IMG/VR virus record: IMGVR_UViG_3300017783_000021
Span: 1 to 58,262 of that record
Source: a virus
Taxonomy: Duplodnaviria > Caudoviricetes
Length of the DNA: 58,262 bases
Strand: one strand, 5' to 3'
Position 1 is the stretch's first letter. Every line of letters begins with the position of its first letter. The notes beneath the pieces are model-generated. The model was not told the origin of the DNA. It ran no database searches and saw only the letters and a list, made by a program, of their open reading frames with translations. Position numbers and translations under genes: made by a program. This document shows positions 28,101 to 34,638 of this stretch, piece after piece.

Positions 28101-30132
28101 TTTTGGTAATGGTAGTATTACAGAATTTAGTTTCAACAAGTACCCAGGAACAATAGATAGTATTAATGTTACAGTTGGACCAAGTGATCCAGCAACAAAG
28201 ACTAGTGCTTATAAAACTCAAGGTACTGATTATACAGTTGACTTTGCTAATAAGAAAATTATTTTAAATACTGCACCTGCAGATAAACAGATAGTTACAA
28301 TTACAACATTAAATGTCGGCGGTAGCGACATGCTTGAAAAAGCAGATTTTGTAGATGCTGGCGATAGTACAATAGAATTTATTTTAACAAGTAAGTACGA
28401 AGATGTTAAGAGTGCATTTGTAACTGTAAACGGTATTACTCAACAATATCAAATATCAGAAGATGCTGATTCAGGAAGTGCAAAAATTGTTTTAACTGAT
28501 CCACCAAACGATATGACAGATGCTGTAACACAAATTACTGCATTAAGTGGATTAGCAAAAACATATAGTGAAGTTAAAACAGATGTATTCAACATTGCTA
28601 GTGATAGCGGTGATGAATTTTATCTAAGCCAAGTACCAGGAAATATCGAACCGTTCCATGCAATGGTAGTTGTAGAATTAGATGGTAAACGTTTAAGAGC
28701 ACCTGACACAATTTATTATGTTGCCAACGGTGTTACACTTGATTATCTAGTAAGTCAAAACCCAGACTATCCTGCATTTAGTTTAGCATTGGGTGAGTTA
28801 GAAGTTCATAAGAACGGTGTTCGATTACAACCTATTGCAGACTATCAGTTTAACACTGCAACAAATTTACTTACTTTCTATGATGGAAAATTAGCGTCAG
28901 GAGATGTAATTGCAATTACATTGTTACGTGGACATGATTATGAGATTAGAAAAAATACTACTGATGATAGTACTAATGCTGGCTTTATAAAAATTACAAA
29001 TAATAGTGCAGATGACAGTACAGGATTAACAGAAGGAAATGTACTTAAAGTAACAAGTTATTCAAACCACGATGCCAACTTAATACGTAAAGAAGTTTAC
29101 AAAGGTAATCCGGGTGGTACTTATAAGTTAAGTAGAAAAGCACTCGACGTTGGATATATTTGGGTTGAATTAAACAATACCGCATTAATTGCAGATGTAG
29201 ATTATAAAATTTTAGATAATGATACAACAGTGTATATTGATAATAGATTTTCACAAGAATTAACAGATAGAGTTGTTATAACATCTTTTAGTGAAGATAA
29301 AAACTTTGACGGTGTAGGATATAACGTATTCAAAGATATGCTTAATAGAAATTTCTACAAGCGTATTAGTAAGCAAGATACAACAAAACTAGCAGAACAA
29401 CTAAATCCAACAGATTTAGAAATTAAATTACAAGATGCTAGTTTCTTTGATACTCCTAGTCCAGAAAAGCGTGTACCCGGAGTAGTAATTATTGGTAAAG
29501 AACGTATTGAGTTTTATCAAATTGATGGCAACACGTTAAAACAAATTAGAAGAGGTACGTTAGGTACAGGTATTCCGACAAAACATATTGTAGGAACAGA
29601 GGTATTTGACTTTGGCCCAACACAAACTATGCCTTATAAGGATAGTGTAAACATATATGAAATTATTGTACGTGAAGGATTACCGAATGGTAAAGGAACT
29701 CATGTGTTAGAAACACTTAATATAACCAGTGGAGCAGATGCACATGATCAAGTAGAAGTGTATGTGGGTGGCATAAAACTGCAAAAACCGACTACTAATC
29801 TAAATCCGATAACTAAACATAGTGCTTCGATTGCGTATGATAGTAACGAAACAAACAGTTTAGGTGTTGCAAGTGATGTGGTTCAACTACCAGAATATAC
29901 GGTAGAACCAGTTGCAGACAGCACTGCTAAAGGATACTATAAACTAATATTAAGGGACGAACCAGAAGTAGGAACGGAGATAAAAGTGGTACAAAAACAA
30001 GGTCGTGTGTGGTATACACCAGGATCAACTACTGCATCCGATGGTGTTACACTACAAAGAGCAGAAACACCACAGGCTAAGTTCTTGCTTGACAGAACCT
30101 CTGGCTTACCTATAATAAATATTAAGGAATAA
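16138..30132 (+). CDS. Giant (4664 aa) baseplate wedge/structural protein, gp7-like position, with cupredoxin-like, FG-GAP-like propeller and YHYH domains
   Basis: Uninterrupted ORF after gp6; HPF...CQYHQTM; repeated FGxS...LVVGAP...GAVYVY; GIYHYH...GFAFDGFPIYGP. Confidence 0.75.
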   Translation: MAYSDRQGTPVNIENKDKLRNSSDLLPMYFRTETNRKFLGATVDTLINKGNLDRLNGFVGERNTENATSKDVYIPEPTDNRRRYNFLPSAVTKNPIDNTNKWTGTYDDLINQIDFFGGVTDNHDKLFQAEYFAWNPMFNFDKFVNYRQYYWLSQGPDPVSISGNPGNTESEYSVSNSNQNSYVFTPNGFSNNPTVVLYRGGTYKFKINATGHPFYIKTTNTIGIGDQYNDGVENNGAESGTITFTVPINAPDNLFYACQYHQTMQGMFEIRDTSQDLTIDVSEEILGKANFTSANGVKLTNGMKVNFIGDVLPTKYREKNWYVEGVGDRITLIDETELDTPEVYAKNKEYEFDVDPFDDTPYDDTENSPITPEYITINRASKDKNPWSRYNRWVHKEIIEQSASYNNTSPILDENNRAVRPILEFKSNLKLFNFGENGIGNVDLVDTDTLDVMSNVEGSFGYYVDEVLLRKGMRVIFNSDPDITVKGKVYEVDFIEYDGQSRLHLVEKYAPLINDSVIATDGVANQGTSYYYTGTEWSKSQQKTKLNQSPLFDLFDSNGNSFSNQTNYFSTTFIGNKIASYKEGTGSNDPILGFPISYQNINNVGDITFNFDWDDSEFTYQENITAKTVDTASGLVYDFNDEKYYSGWQLVKNKVTRQRILQVFDLFETTDRIAVNAINKPFDYDLDIIVEFNGVTYKETTDFEKVIDKNKSTYELKFKKPIAGGTRVTLKILTDQKPNANGYYEPPINLTNNSENNDLKTFTLGSVSDHFKTIFQANSTITGKSVGTNNARDIANIHLDGSRYVKHKGSILPAILFLIQEDLNFVNSMRKNARDYNFFKDAFIAKASQLDKTDNIATDVDTILYELSINKSSNSSYFYSDMAGFGKKAERLKFTVKNGTQQVFAINNAFNTSTVSDRAVYVYLNNTQLYLGTDYEFDNVDNTLTVKVDLAINDVVEIIDYDTTGSVIPHTPTKLGLYPSYKPEIFVDKSYLTPTKVIQGHDGSITKAFNDERDDMLLELEKRIYNNLKVKYNRDIFDILKNTPGQYRTNNFTSNEFNKVLRTDFGYWASLFDVDFETNSVSDDSIPFSYNFNTMINRQDQQLPGSWRAIYKLYFDTDRPHTHPWEMLGITEKPTWFDSVYGKAPYTSGNKILWDDLERGLVRDPAGTKIYNDFARPKLSTNIPVDEYGDLIDPSKINIVKAIFITEVKNNWKYGDEGPAETSWRKSSWYPFALQNAVALTKPAQYFGSLFDVNQNLITASGNVVYSETGKIFNLKEAKLKDLKFDNKRFLGLGYHVPIIEYVKSFDKDLKEIFYDKLINTSSNLTYKLGGFANKNRLRVLAESSNPNTADNSVFLPSENYQLTLRKSNPIKSVRVSGIVVEQTEKGYLVRGYDNLRPWFNIYKPKHGKNDVAVNVGGKQANFVLWSSGKFYGEKQIVEFEGQYYRVKSNHTSTENFDNSKFTVLGELPITGGAEVARALAFEDKETEVSYGTVYTRIQEVYDVILGYEHWLKEQGFVFDKYQRETLSIQDWNLSAKEFLYWTTQKWAAGSVIALSPFADNLEFEFKYATVDSVLNSFYEYSILSATGTPLPKENLSIVRGSGKFTLSTKNTQKGIFFAVLNLVQWEHIVVFDDKSQFGDIIYDQEAGYRQKRIKLIGFRTSEWDGDYVSPGFVFDEAVVNDYATGLDYNLGDVVRFKSKYYSASKFLPATKVFNFNDWVFIGDKPVAELLPNLDYKASSFEDFYALESENFDKQTTDLSQHLLGYQKRLYLDNLVRDDTAQYKFYTGFIKEKGTFNAIEKLNRLTIDGTSTDISVNENWAVKIGSLGSSATSKEIELVLNESENVENPQAYQFVQTKTVNTETNTIQLLNNDLTLKPADFNSAPWKNFNLNDSGVSLTTVQKIPTAGYARIEDVDHTVFNSSAIITDTTIPTLNEGASIWVAKDKNDTWNIYRLVASDARVIQTENDLVVITDGMLSLTTDVPHGLKEGDIIVIRWFDNQINGTHTVAEVNGLTGFKVATDLTTITLAEDSATGTILTLESVRVTTPAQINNIKDVGSFDVGSKIWADNTGNNEWKVYEKTTAFVENQFKDVSPDALSYATSIAYGNQGRTIVVGNPDQTVEGSVLVLRRKLNSEVTTLEGSSGFNIGPSFSDQWVSPSVNAGLGHSISLSSTSNTLVAGAPFASAVRTTSTAERPKFFYSTNTATASSLTKQGIVKITSFNTLTNVYDNSYVVSSPVPSNNEEFGYSVATSDTRLVVGAPGRGSNTGAVYVYNKGTDWDYLEEILAPDHTEGDRFGEQLVASKDLGILIVSAKKKETIEQAGDSTVKNTGKVFVYYYDGTGYNLIQTIDESLVTSLSNTDLLGSSLGISDNGDTLVIGAPLTDGVEVDQGAVHVFERQTQNDSTTGYAFKETILSPSIQNGENFGHRIAVNPNGTSFAVSSAIGSNDKLTTFDVYSEKKAGETYVNDPTSPRTDNSTTFDAYSLNFVDKVSGTGAVYTFSKLGDNFVFGQKLASNDLQTNDQFGTGLAYSSTSLYVGAPNFAIDDNDDDTVDPKTGILFVYQKNATAGWNTLRQQGSLTDPFSIDKLLTYRTDTQTIVDFLEPIDPVKGKIPYIAETEITFKGERDPAIYSTSDQAINVDPDINWGADHVGEIWWDLSTIRYTWYEQGDIEFRKNNWGQIFPGSSVDIYEWVESDVSPEEWNNIADTTEGIAAGFSGKSKYDDNTYVLKRVYDTSTSNFVSRYYFWVRNAVILPQRFTTQIAVGLSEQIAIDTRKLPANEIASIIADPKNYGIKSVQLLDTNAFSVTNVKTTLSDNNVSLNIQYKDIKTDIPDHNSWLLLDENQRDKIDNELLIKKLYDSLVGFDSSGNAVPDPTLPVQKKYGLAIRPRQSIFVNRLQALKVLITYTNNLLAKSRIVDEKDISGLFTSDPKPTLISGKYDIEIEEDADLSDIKTQDLKQATATATITNGRIKSVKIDDAGYGYKNAPEIEISGEGYGAKFSSTIDSQGRLTNIEVLKEGKNYSRGTIRIRPFKVLVTNDVTAGNYWTMYEWNINSETWTRTNTQTYDVRTFWNYKDYVVSGFDVDSIIDYKIAEPYLLRTIDPTVGQLVEVTNVGDGNKIILQKVESNGTWNDEYDIMFKANSTIEFSSNLYDYSGLSFGFAGTENFDINLYDEQPTQESRVILGVINNNLFVDNLKYAWNEFLFTAIRYAISEQTFTDWIFKTSLISVKNNLGGFTRKVNYNLDDPGNVEKYIEEIKPYSVTIKDMITSYNTLEQGNMFSTDFDLPSRYNETTEKFEVLNENSEDITTEPFNQWFENYKFSVDKIDIADAGAGYTQTPIVVISGGRESKPAIIQTKPFRSIVTTDYDNQYVYVNTTSVPGHFYDTTNVIAQNLVYQIPRFPAVPEIKTTTPLGAIGVAINGVSIFNPSSAVTARLGGVTYTVNAVYEHKESGIDDGAGHPQEDGIYHYHSDPKFMYTKDANTHSEILGFAFDGFPIYGPYGYNKTNDKTVVLMKSSYQLKTTPRADGSMPTGRYNEDYEYVTGLGNLDENNGRFIQTPEYPSGTYAYFITVAENADNELEPAFPYIVGPNYHGTPLLPNGNGTMPQSGNINATATAYVSRNKLGNIVINNPGAGYVTAPTVTITGGGDTTSTAKVVAVLENNKVRTSKTQLRFDRISSQGILATDSYIDTFTSTSGQVTYKLTYVPTVDKRDFTISINNETVFIENFDVSIRTLTDQTYKKQVGYVILKTLPKQGSTVTITYKKNVALMNAVDRINYFYKPTDGMPGKDPAQLMTGIEYPGVKVQGLDFGVSVGFDGLPWFSHGWDTFSGNNSDYAFRADGSTTEFTLPYVPELNTKVNVYFDGIRQDPTNTPTIVGDGNTGTFTLNVSPADGALVVFRKEDSDGSTVPTDVNNLDTLISGGTLAYNTATGNSPEDISLDGDGFVTPDTSYAPEEVVPGQVFDSLSMKVYNAPADGSPIIDITRHFGNGSITEFSFNKYPGTIDSINVTVGPSDPATKTSAYKTQGTDYTVDFANKKIILNTAPADKQIVTITTLNVGGSDMLEKADFVDAGDSTIEFILTSKYEDVKSAFVTVNGITQQYQISEDADSGSAKIVLTDPPNDMTDAVTQITALSGLAKTYSEVKTDVFNIASDSGDEFYLSQVPGNIEPFHAMVVVELDGKRLRAPDTIYYVANGVTLDYLVSQNPDYPAFSLALGELEVHKNGVRLQPIADYQFNTATNLLTFYDGKLASGDVIAITLLRGHDYEIRKNTTDDSTNAGFIKITNNSADDSTGLTEGNVLKVTSYSNHDANLIRKEVYKGNPGGTYKLSRKALDVGYIWVELNNTALIADVDYKILDNDTTVYIDNRFSQELTDRVVITSFSEDKNFDGVGYNVFKDMLNRNFYKRISKQDTTKLAEQLNPTDLEIKLQDASFFDTPSPEKRVPGVVIIGKERIEFYQIDGNTLKQIRRGTLGTGIPTKHIVGTEVFDFGPTQTMPYKDSVNIYEIIVREGLPNGKGTHVLETLNITSGADAHDQVEVYVGGIKLQKPTTNLNPITKHSASIAYDSNETNSLGVASDVVQLPEYTVEPVADSTAKGYYKLILRDEPEVGTEIKVVQKQGRVWYTPGSTTASDGVTLQRAETPQAKFLLDRTSGLPIINIKE
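30116..30121 (+). promoter_or_regulatory. Late promoter TAAATA box
   Basis: TATAATAAATA followed by AAGGA RBS and the ATG at 30136. Confidence 0.5.
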
Positions 30133-30135
30133 CAA

Positions 30136-30795
30136 ATGTCAAACGAGGATAAAAAGTTGAACCAAAAGCCAGAAGATAACAAGAAACCAAATGAGAATAC
30201 AGGAATATTGATGGAAGGTCATATTAAGATATTTGACCCCAAATCAGGCGAAATACTTGTAAACAAGCGTAATGCTATTCATTACGAAAATATGAGTATA
30301 TCCTTAGCAGAATCATTAGGTAACGAGGGTCGAGGTAACATTGTTGAAATGGCATTTGGTAATGGTGGTACTACAGTTGACCCAACAGGTATTATTACAT
30401 ATTTGACACCGAACAACACAGGCGTAAACGCTTCATTATATAATCAAACTTATTACAAAACAGTTGATGACAATAATGTAAACAACACAGATCCTGCAAG
30501 AAATTTTATTGAAACACGTCATACATTAGGAACAACATATACAGATATTATTGTTAGTTGTTTACTAGATTACGGTGAACCATCAGGACAACAAGCATTT
30601 GATAACAGTACAAACCTTGAAGGAAATTATGTCTTTGATGAATTAGGATTAAGAGCATACAACACAGAAGGTGCTAACGAAGGTAGATTATTAACACATG
30701 TTATTTTCCACCCTGTACAAAAATCTTTAAACAGGTTAATTCAAATTGATTATACAGTTAGAATTCAAAGTTTAACTAACTTGAGCGAGAATTAA
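30136..30795 (+). CDS. Virion structural protein (baseplate/fibre attachment)
   Basis: MAFGNGG...FDELGL...LLTHVIFHPVQKS; located between the wedge protein and the fibres. Confidence 0.6.
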   Translation: MSNEDKKLNQKPEDNKKPNENTGILMEGHIKIFDPKSGEILVNKRNAIHYENMSISLAESLGNEGRGNIVEMAFGNGGTTVDPTGIITYLTPNNTGVNASLYNQTYYKTVDDNNVNNTDPARNFIETRHTLGTTYTDIIVSCLLDYGEPSGQQAFDNSTNLEGNYVFDELGLRAYNTEGANEGRLLTHVIFHPVQKSLNRLIQIDYTVRIQSLTNLSEN

Positions 30796-30798
30796 TAG

Positions 30799-32787
30799 AT
30801 GGCATATACAGTAAACTTTACAAATGCGGTTCAAAAGACTCCGATTACTGTTGATGACAATAGTAGAAATACTAGTGATACATCATTAACATTAATAGGA
30901 AGAAATGAACCAAGTTACGGTCAAAGCATTGCAGAAAACTTTGTTCATGTATTAGAAAATTTTGCTAATCCAACATCACCAAGCAATCCAATTGAAGGAC
31001 AGTTATGGTATGACAGTGCAACAAACAGATTACAAATTAATGATAGTACAGCAGGAGCGTCTAATTGGCGACCAGCAGGCGGAGTACATGTTAGTGCAAC
31101 AGAACCAAGCAATCCGATTAAAGGAGACATTTGGGTAGACACAACAAATTCTCAATTATATTTGTACACTGCAAACCAATTTCAACTTGTTGGTCCAAAC
31201 TTTAGTGGCGGACTTAAATCAGGCGCTCAAGCAGAACAGTTAGTTGATACAAAAGGAATTACACACACTATTATCAAACAATATGTTGATGATAAAGTTG
31301 TTACAATTATTTCAAAAGATCAATTTATTCCTAAACAAATTATTGAAGGCTTTACAGAATTATATCCAGGTATTAATATTTCAGCAAAAGACTTTGACGG
31401 TAACGGTATTGTATTAAACAAATTACATGCAAGTGCAACAAAAGCAGATGCGTTAAGTGTTACACAGCCTGCGGTAGAAGTTGTAAATGCAAACAACTTT
31501 TTAAGAAGTGATATTACTGACACAATGAACGGACAGTTATATGTGCGTAATGATGGTGGAGTAACTATTGGTTCAAACCAAATTTTTAACTTAGAAATTG
31601 CAGAAAATAATGCTGTTATTAAAAATAATAGTGTAGATGGTAATATTGATTTTTCAGTATTTCCAAACGATACAGGAACACTAGAAACTATTGCAAGATT
31701 TGATGGCGCCAATAAACGATTGGGTATTAATAATTTAAGTCCATCAACTACATTAGATGTTACAGGTAGTGGACATTTCACACAAAGATTAACTTGTAGT
31801 TCTATAGAAGAAGCAACAAGCACAACTACAGGAAGTATTACAACTGGTGGCGGTATTGGTGTTGCTAAACAATTATACGTTGGCGGTAACCTAACAACAA
31901 AAGGACACTTTAGAGTTGGTGAAGATGCTCCTTTAGATAATGCAACTGGTATTGCACCTAGTGTTGATGACAAATTAACTATTGGTACGCCTAGTTTAAG
32001 ATTTAAAAATGTTCATTCAGAAATATTTACAGGTAGGCTTGTAGGTACAATGGTAGGTGACGTTACAGGTAACGTTAACGGAACATCAGATAGACTAGTT
32101 GCTTCAACAACATTTAAGATGACTGGACACGTTGCTGACTCAACAGGATTTAGTTTTGATGGACAAACTGGTGGAACAGAAAAAATATTCAATGTAACAC
32201 TTACACAAGATGCTATTGATGAACAAACAGAAAGTACAACAACAGAATCAAACGAAGACTTCATATTACTATCAAGAGACAATACAGGTTTAAGAAAAGT
32301 ACAATATAAAAACTTCTTTGCTGGTGCACCAACAGTACCAGTAGGTGGAGTTATGCCATATGCAGGTAGTGCATCACCAACAGGATATTTACTTTGTGAC
32401 GGTTCTGAAGTGCCTATTGCAAGTTATCAAGATTTATATAAAGTTATTGGTACGACATATGGTACTGGTGTAAATCCAAATACATTTAAACTTCCTGACT
32501 TACGTGGTAGATTTGCACTTGGTAAAGATAACATGGATAATAACTTAACTGTTCAGGATACAGACAATAACCCAGTTGATGCTGGTGGCGGTAGTGCAGG
32601 TAGAGTAACAGATACATCTGCAGAGTCATTAGGTGGATCAGCAGGTAATGAAGCAAAAGATATTTCAGACAATGCAGTAGGTCAAGGAACGCAGTACACA
32701 CAAGATACAGGTACTGGTGTTTATAGTAACGTTAATGTTATGAATCCTTACTTAACATTGAATTACATCATAAGGGCACTATCGTAA
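30799..32787 (+). CDS. Tail fibre protein with C-terminal tail-collar domain
   Basis: Shared fibre N-terminus; VPVGGVMPYAG...YLLCDG...FKLPDLRGRF...MNPYLTLNYII collar motif. Confidence 0.8.
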   Translation: MAYTVNFTNAVQKTPITVDDNSRNTSDTSLTLIGRNEPSYGQSIAENFVHVLENFANPTSPSNPIEGQLWYDSATNRLQINDSTAGASNWRPAGGVHVSATEPSNPIKGDIWVDTTNSQLYLYTANQFQLVGPNFSGGLKSGAQAEQLVDTKGITHTIIKQYVDDKVVTIISKDQFIPKQIIEGFTELYPGINISAKDFDGNGIVLNKLHASATKADALSVTQPAVEVVNANNFLRSDITDTMNGQLYVRNDGGVTIGSNQIFNLEIAENNAVIKNNSVDGNIDFSVFPNDTGTLETIARFDGANKRLGINNLSPSTTLDVTGSGHFTQRLTCSSIEEATSTTTGSITTGGGIGVAKQLYVGGNLTTKGHFRVGEDAPLDNATGIAPSVDDKLTIGTPSLRFKNVHSEIFTGRLVGTMVGDVTGNVNGTSDRLVASTTFKMTGHVADSTGFSFDGQTGGTEKIFNVTLTQDAIDEQTESTTTESNEDFILLSRDNTGLRKVQYKNFFAGAPTVPVGGVMPYAGSASPTGYLLCDGSEVPIASYQDLYKVIGTTYGTGVNPNTFKLPDLRGRFALGKDNMDNNLTVQDTDNNPVDAGGGSAGRVTDTSAESLGGSAGNEAKDISDNAVGQGTQYTQDTGTGVYSNVNVMNPYLTLNYIIRALS

Positions 32788-34628
32788 TGGCATATAATGT
32801 TAACAAAACAGACGGAACTCTTTTAACAACTGTTGTTGACGGAACTGTAGATAGTACTTCTGCAGATATTTCGTTAGTAGGAAGAAAATTTAGTAATTAC
32901 GGTGAAGTGTTAAACGAGAATCTAATTAAAATATTAGAAAGTTTCGCAAATACAACTGCACCAGATAATCCATTAGAAGGACAAGTTTGGTATGATAAAC
33001 TTGAAGGACGTTTAAAAGTTTACACAGGTACAACATTTAAACCAACAGGTGGACCATTAGTACAAGAAACACAACCACAAGGACTTGTAAAAGGTGACTT
33101 ATGGATGGATTCGTTAAACAATCAACTTTATTTTTATGACGGTGTTGATCTAGGTTTAGCAGGTCCAATATATACTTCAGCACAGGGTAAACATGGTTGG
33201 ATTGTTGAAACAGTTGTTGATTCAAACGACAATGGTAGATCGATTACAAAATTATTTGTTAATGATTTACTTGTAGGTATTTTAAGTAAGTTTGAGTTTA
33301 CACCTAAAACAGCAATTACAGGATTTGCTAGTATTAAAGTAGGATTAAATTTTAGTACAAATGTCTCAGGATTAAAGTTACACGGCACAGCGTCTTCTGC
33401 AGATACTATTGCTGGTATTGATCCTGGTAACTTTTTACGTGCTGATATAGCAAGTACATCTCAATCACAATTAAGTATTCAAACTGATTCAGGTATAGTT
33501 TTAGGTGGAGAACAAGATCTAAACATTGAAGTTGTAGGTGATGTTACAATATTTAAAAATAACCTACAAAATAAAGATTTCAAAATACAAGTTAACTCAC
33601 AAAGTAATGGTGGTATTATTGATGCAATAGAAATTGATGCTGACATAATGAAGGTTAATATTTTTAAAGATAAAACAGGTAGTGAAGTTGAAGTAGGCGG
33701 AAGTTTAATTGTTCAACAGAACTTAACTGTTAACGGAACAACATTGTTTGTTGATTCACAAAATTTAAGAATTGCTGATAGAAATATTCAACTTGCATAT
33801 GCTGACGGTTCAAGTGAAACTGATGTACTAGCAGATGGCGGCGGTATTACACTTGTAGGCGACACTGATCACACATTTAGTTGGAGTAGAGTTAATACAG
33901 CATGGACAAGTTCTGAGTCAATCAGTCTTGACGCTGGTAATGAATTTAGAATTGCACAAAATAATATTATTAACACAACCACTATAGGTACAAGCGTTGT
34001 TAATTCGAATTTACAAAACGTAGGAGTGCTTACAGAATTACAAGTTGACGATATTGATATTAATGGCACAACTATTAGTACAAGAGATACTAATGGAAAT
34101 TTAAATTTTAATATAAACGGTACAGGAAATATTGTTTTAAATCCTGATAACGAAGGTGTTGTAACACAGATTAAAGGTGTTAAAGACCCAACTGATGCAC
34201 AAGACGTCGGTACAAAAAATTATGTTGACACACAAATAAGTTCAAGAACACTTTTCTTAACTATTAATACAACAGGAATTAGTGATAAAACTTCAACTGT
34301 AGATGGAATACCATATCTTTTAAATACTTTGGCACCTGCATCAAACTTTGTAGATGGTGCTCAAGCAAGAATTTTAGCAGAAGATTTAACACTTGCAGGC
34401 GCACAAACTAATATTACAGTTACATCAACACCAACTGGAACAACCAACACATTCTTAATTGGTCAAACAGCAGTTGACAGAGGTGGATTACAAAACAGTG
34501 AATCTGTTTTATCAAGTATTTCAGTTCCAGATGGTATTACACTATCAGGAAGTGCGTTGGGAGTGGTAAGAACATACCATTTATTAACAGTGAGCGGAGG
34601 GACTTGGACGTATACAAGTGCGTTGTAA
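32787..34628 (+). CDS. Tail fibre protein (paralogue 2)
   Basis: LVGRKFSNYGEVLNENLIKILESFA...EGQVWYD N-terminus; DPTDAQDVGTKNYVD. Confidence 0.75.
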   Translation: MAYNVNKTDGTLLTTVVDGTVDSTSADISLVGRKFSNYGEVLNENLIKILESFANTTAPDNPLEGQVWYDKLEGRLKVYTGTTFKPTGGPLVQETQPQGLVKGDLWMDSLNNQLYFYDGVDLGLAGPIYTSAQGKHGWIVETVVDSNDNGRSITKLFVNDLLVGILSKFEFTPKTAITGFASIKVGLNFSTNVSGLKLHGTASSADTIAGIDPGNFLRADIASTSQSQLSIQTDSGIVLGGEQDLNIEVVGDVTIFKNNLQNKDFKIQVNSQSNGGIIDAIEIDADIMKVNIFKDKTGSEVEVGGSLIVQQNLTVNGTTLFVDSQNLRIADRNIQLAYADGSSETDVLADGGGITLVGDTDHTFSWSRVNTAWTSSESISLDAGNEFRIAQNNIINTTTIGTSVVNSNLQNVGVLTELQVDDIDINGTTISTRDTNGNLNFNINGTGNIVLNPDNEGVVTQIKGVKDPTDAQDVGTKNYVDTQISSRTLFLTINTTGISDKTSTVDGIPYLLNTLAPASNFVDGAQARILAEDLTLAGAQTNITVTSTPTGTTNTFLIGQTAVDRGGLQNSESVLSSISVPDGITLSGSALGVVRTYHLLTVSGGTWTYTSAL

Positions 34629-34638
34629 GGAATAAAAT

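Noticed and set aside
31320-31973. 217-aa antisense ORF, and the many other short antisense ORFs within structural genes
   Set aside because: Typical reverse-frame shadows caused by codon bias; no RBS or motifs
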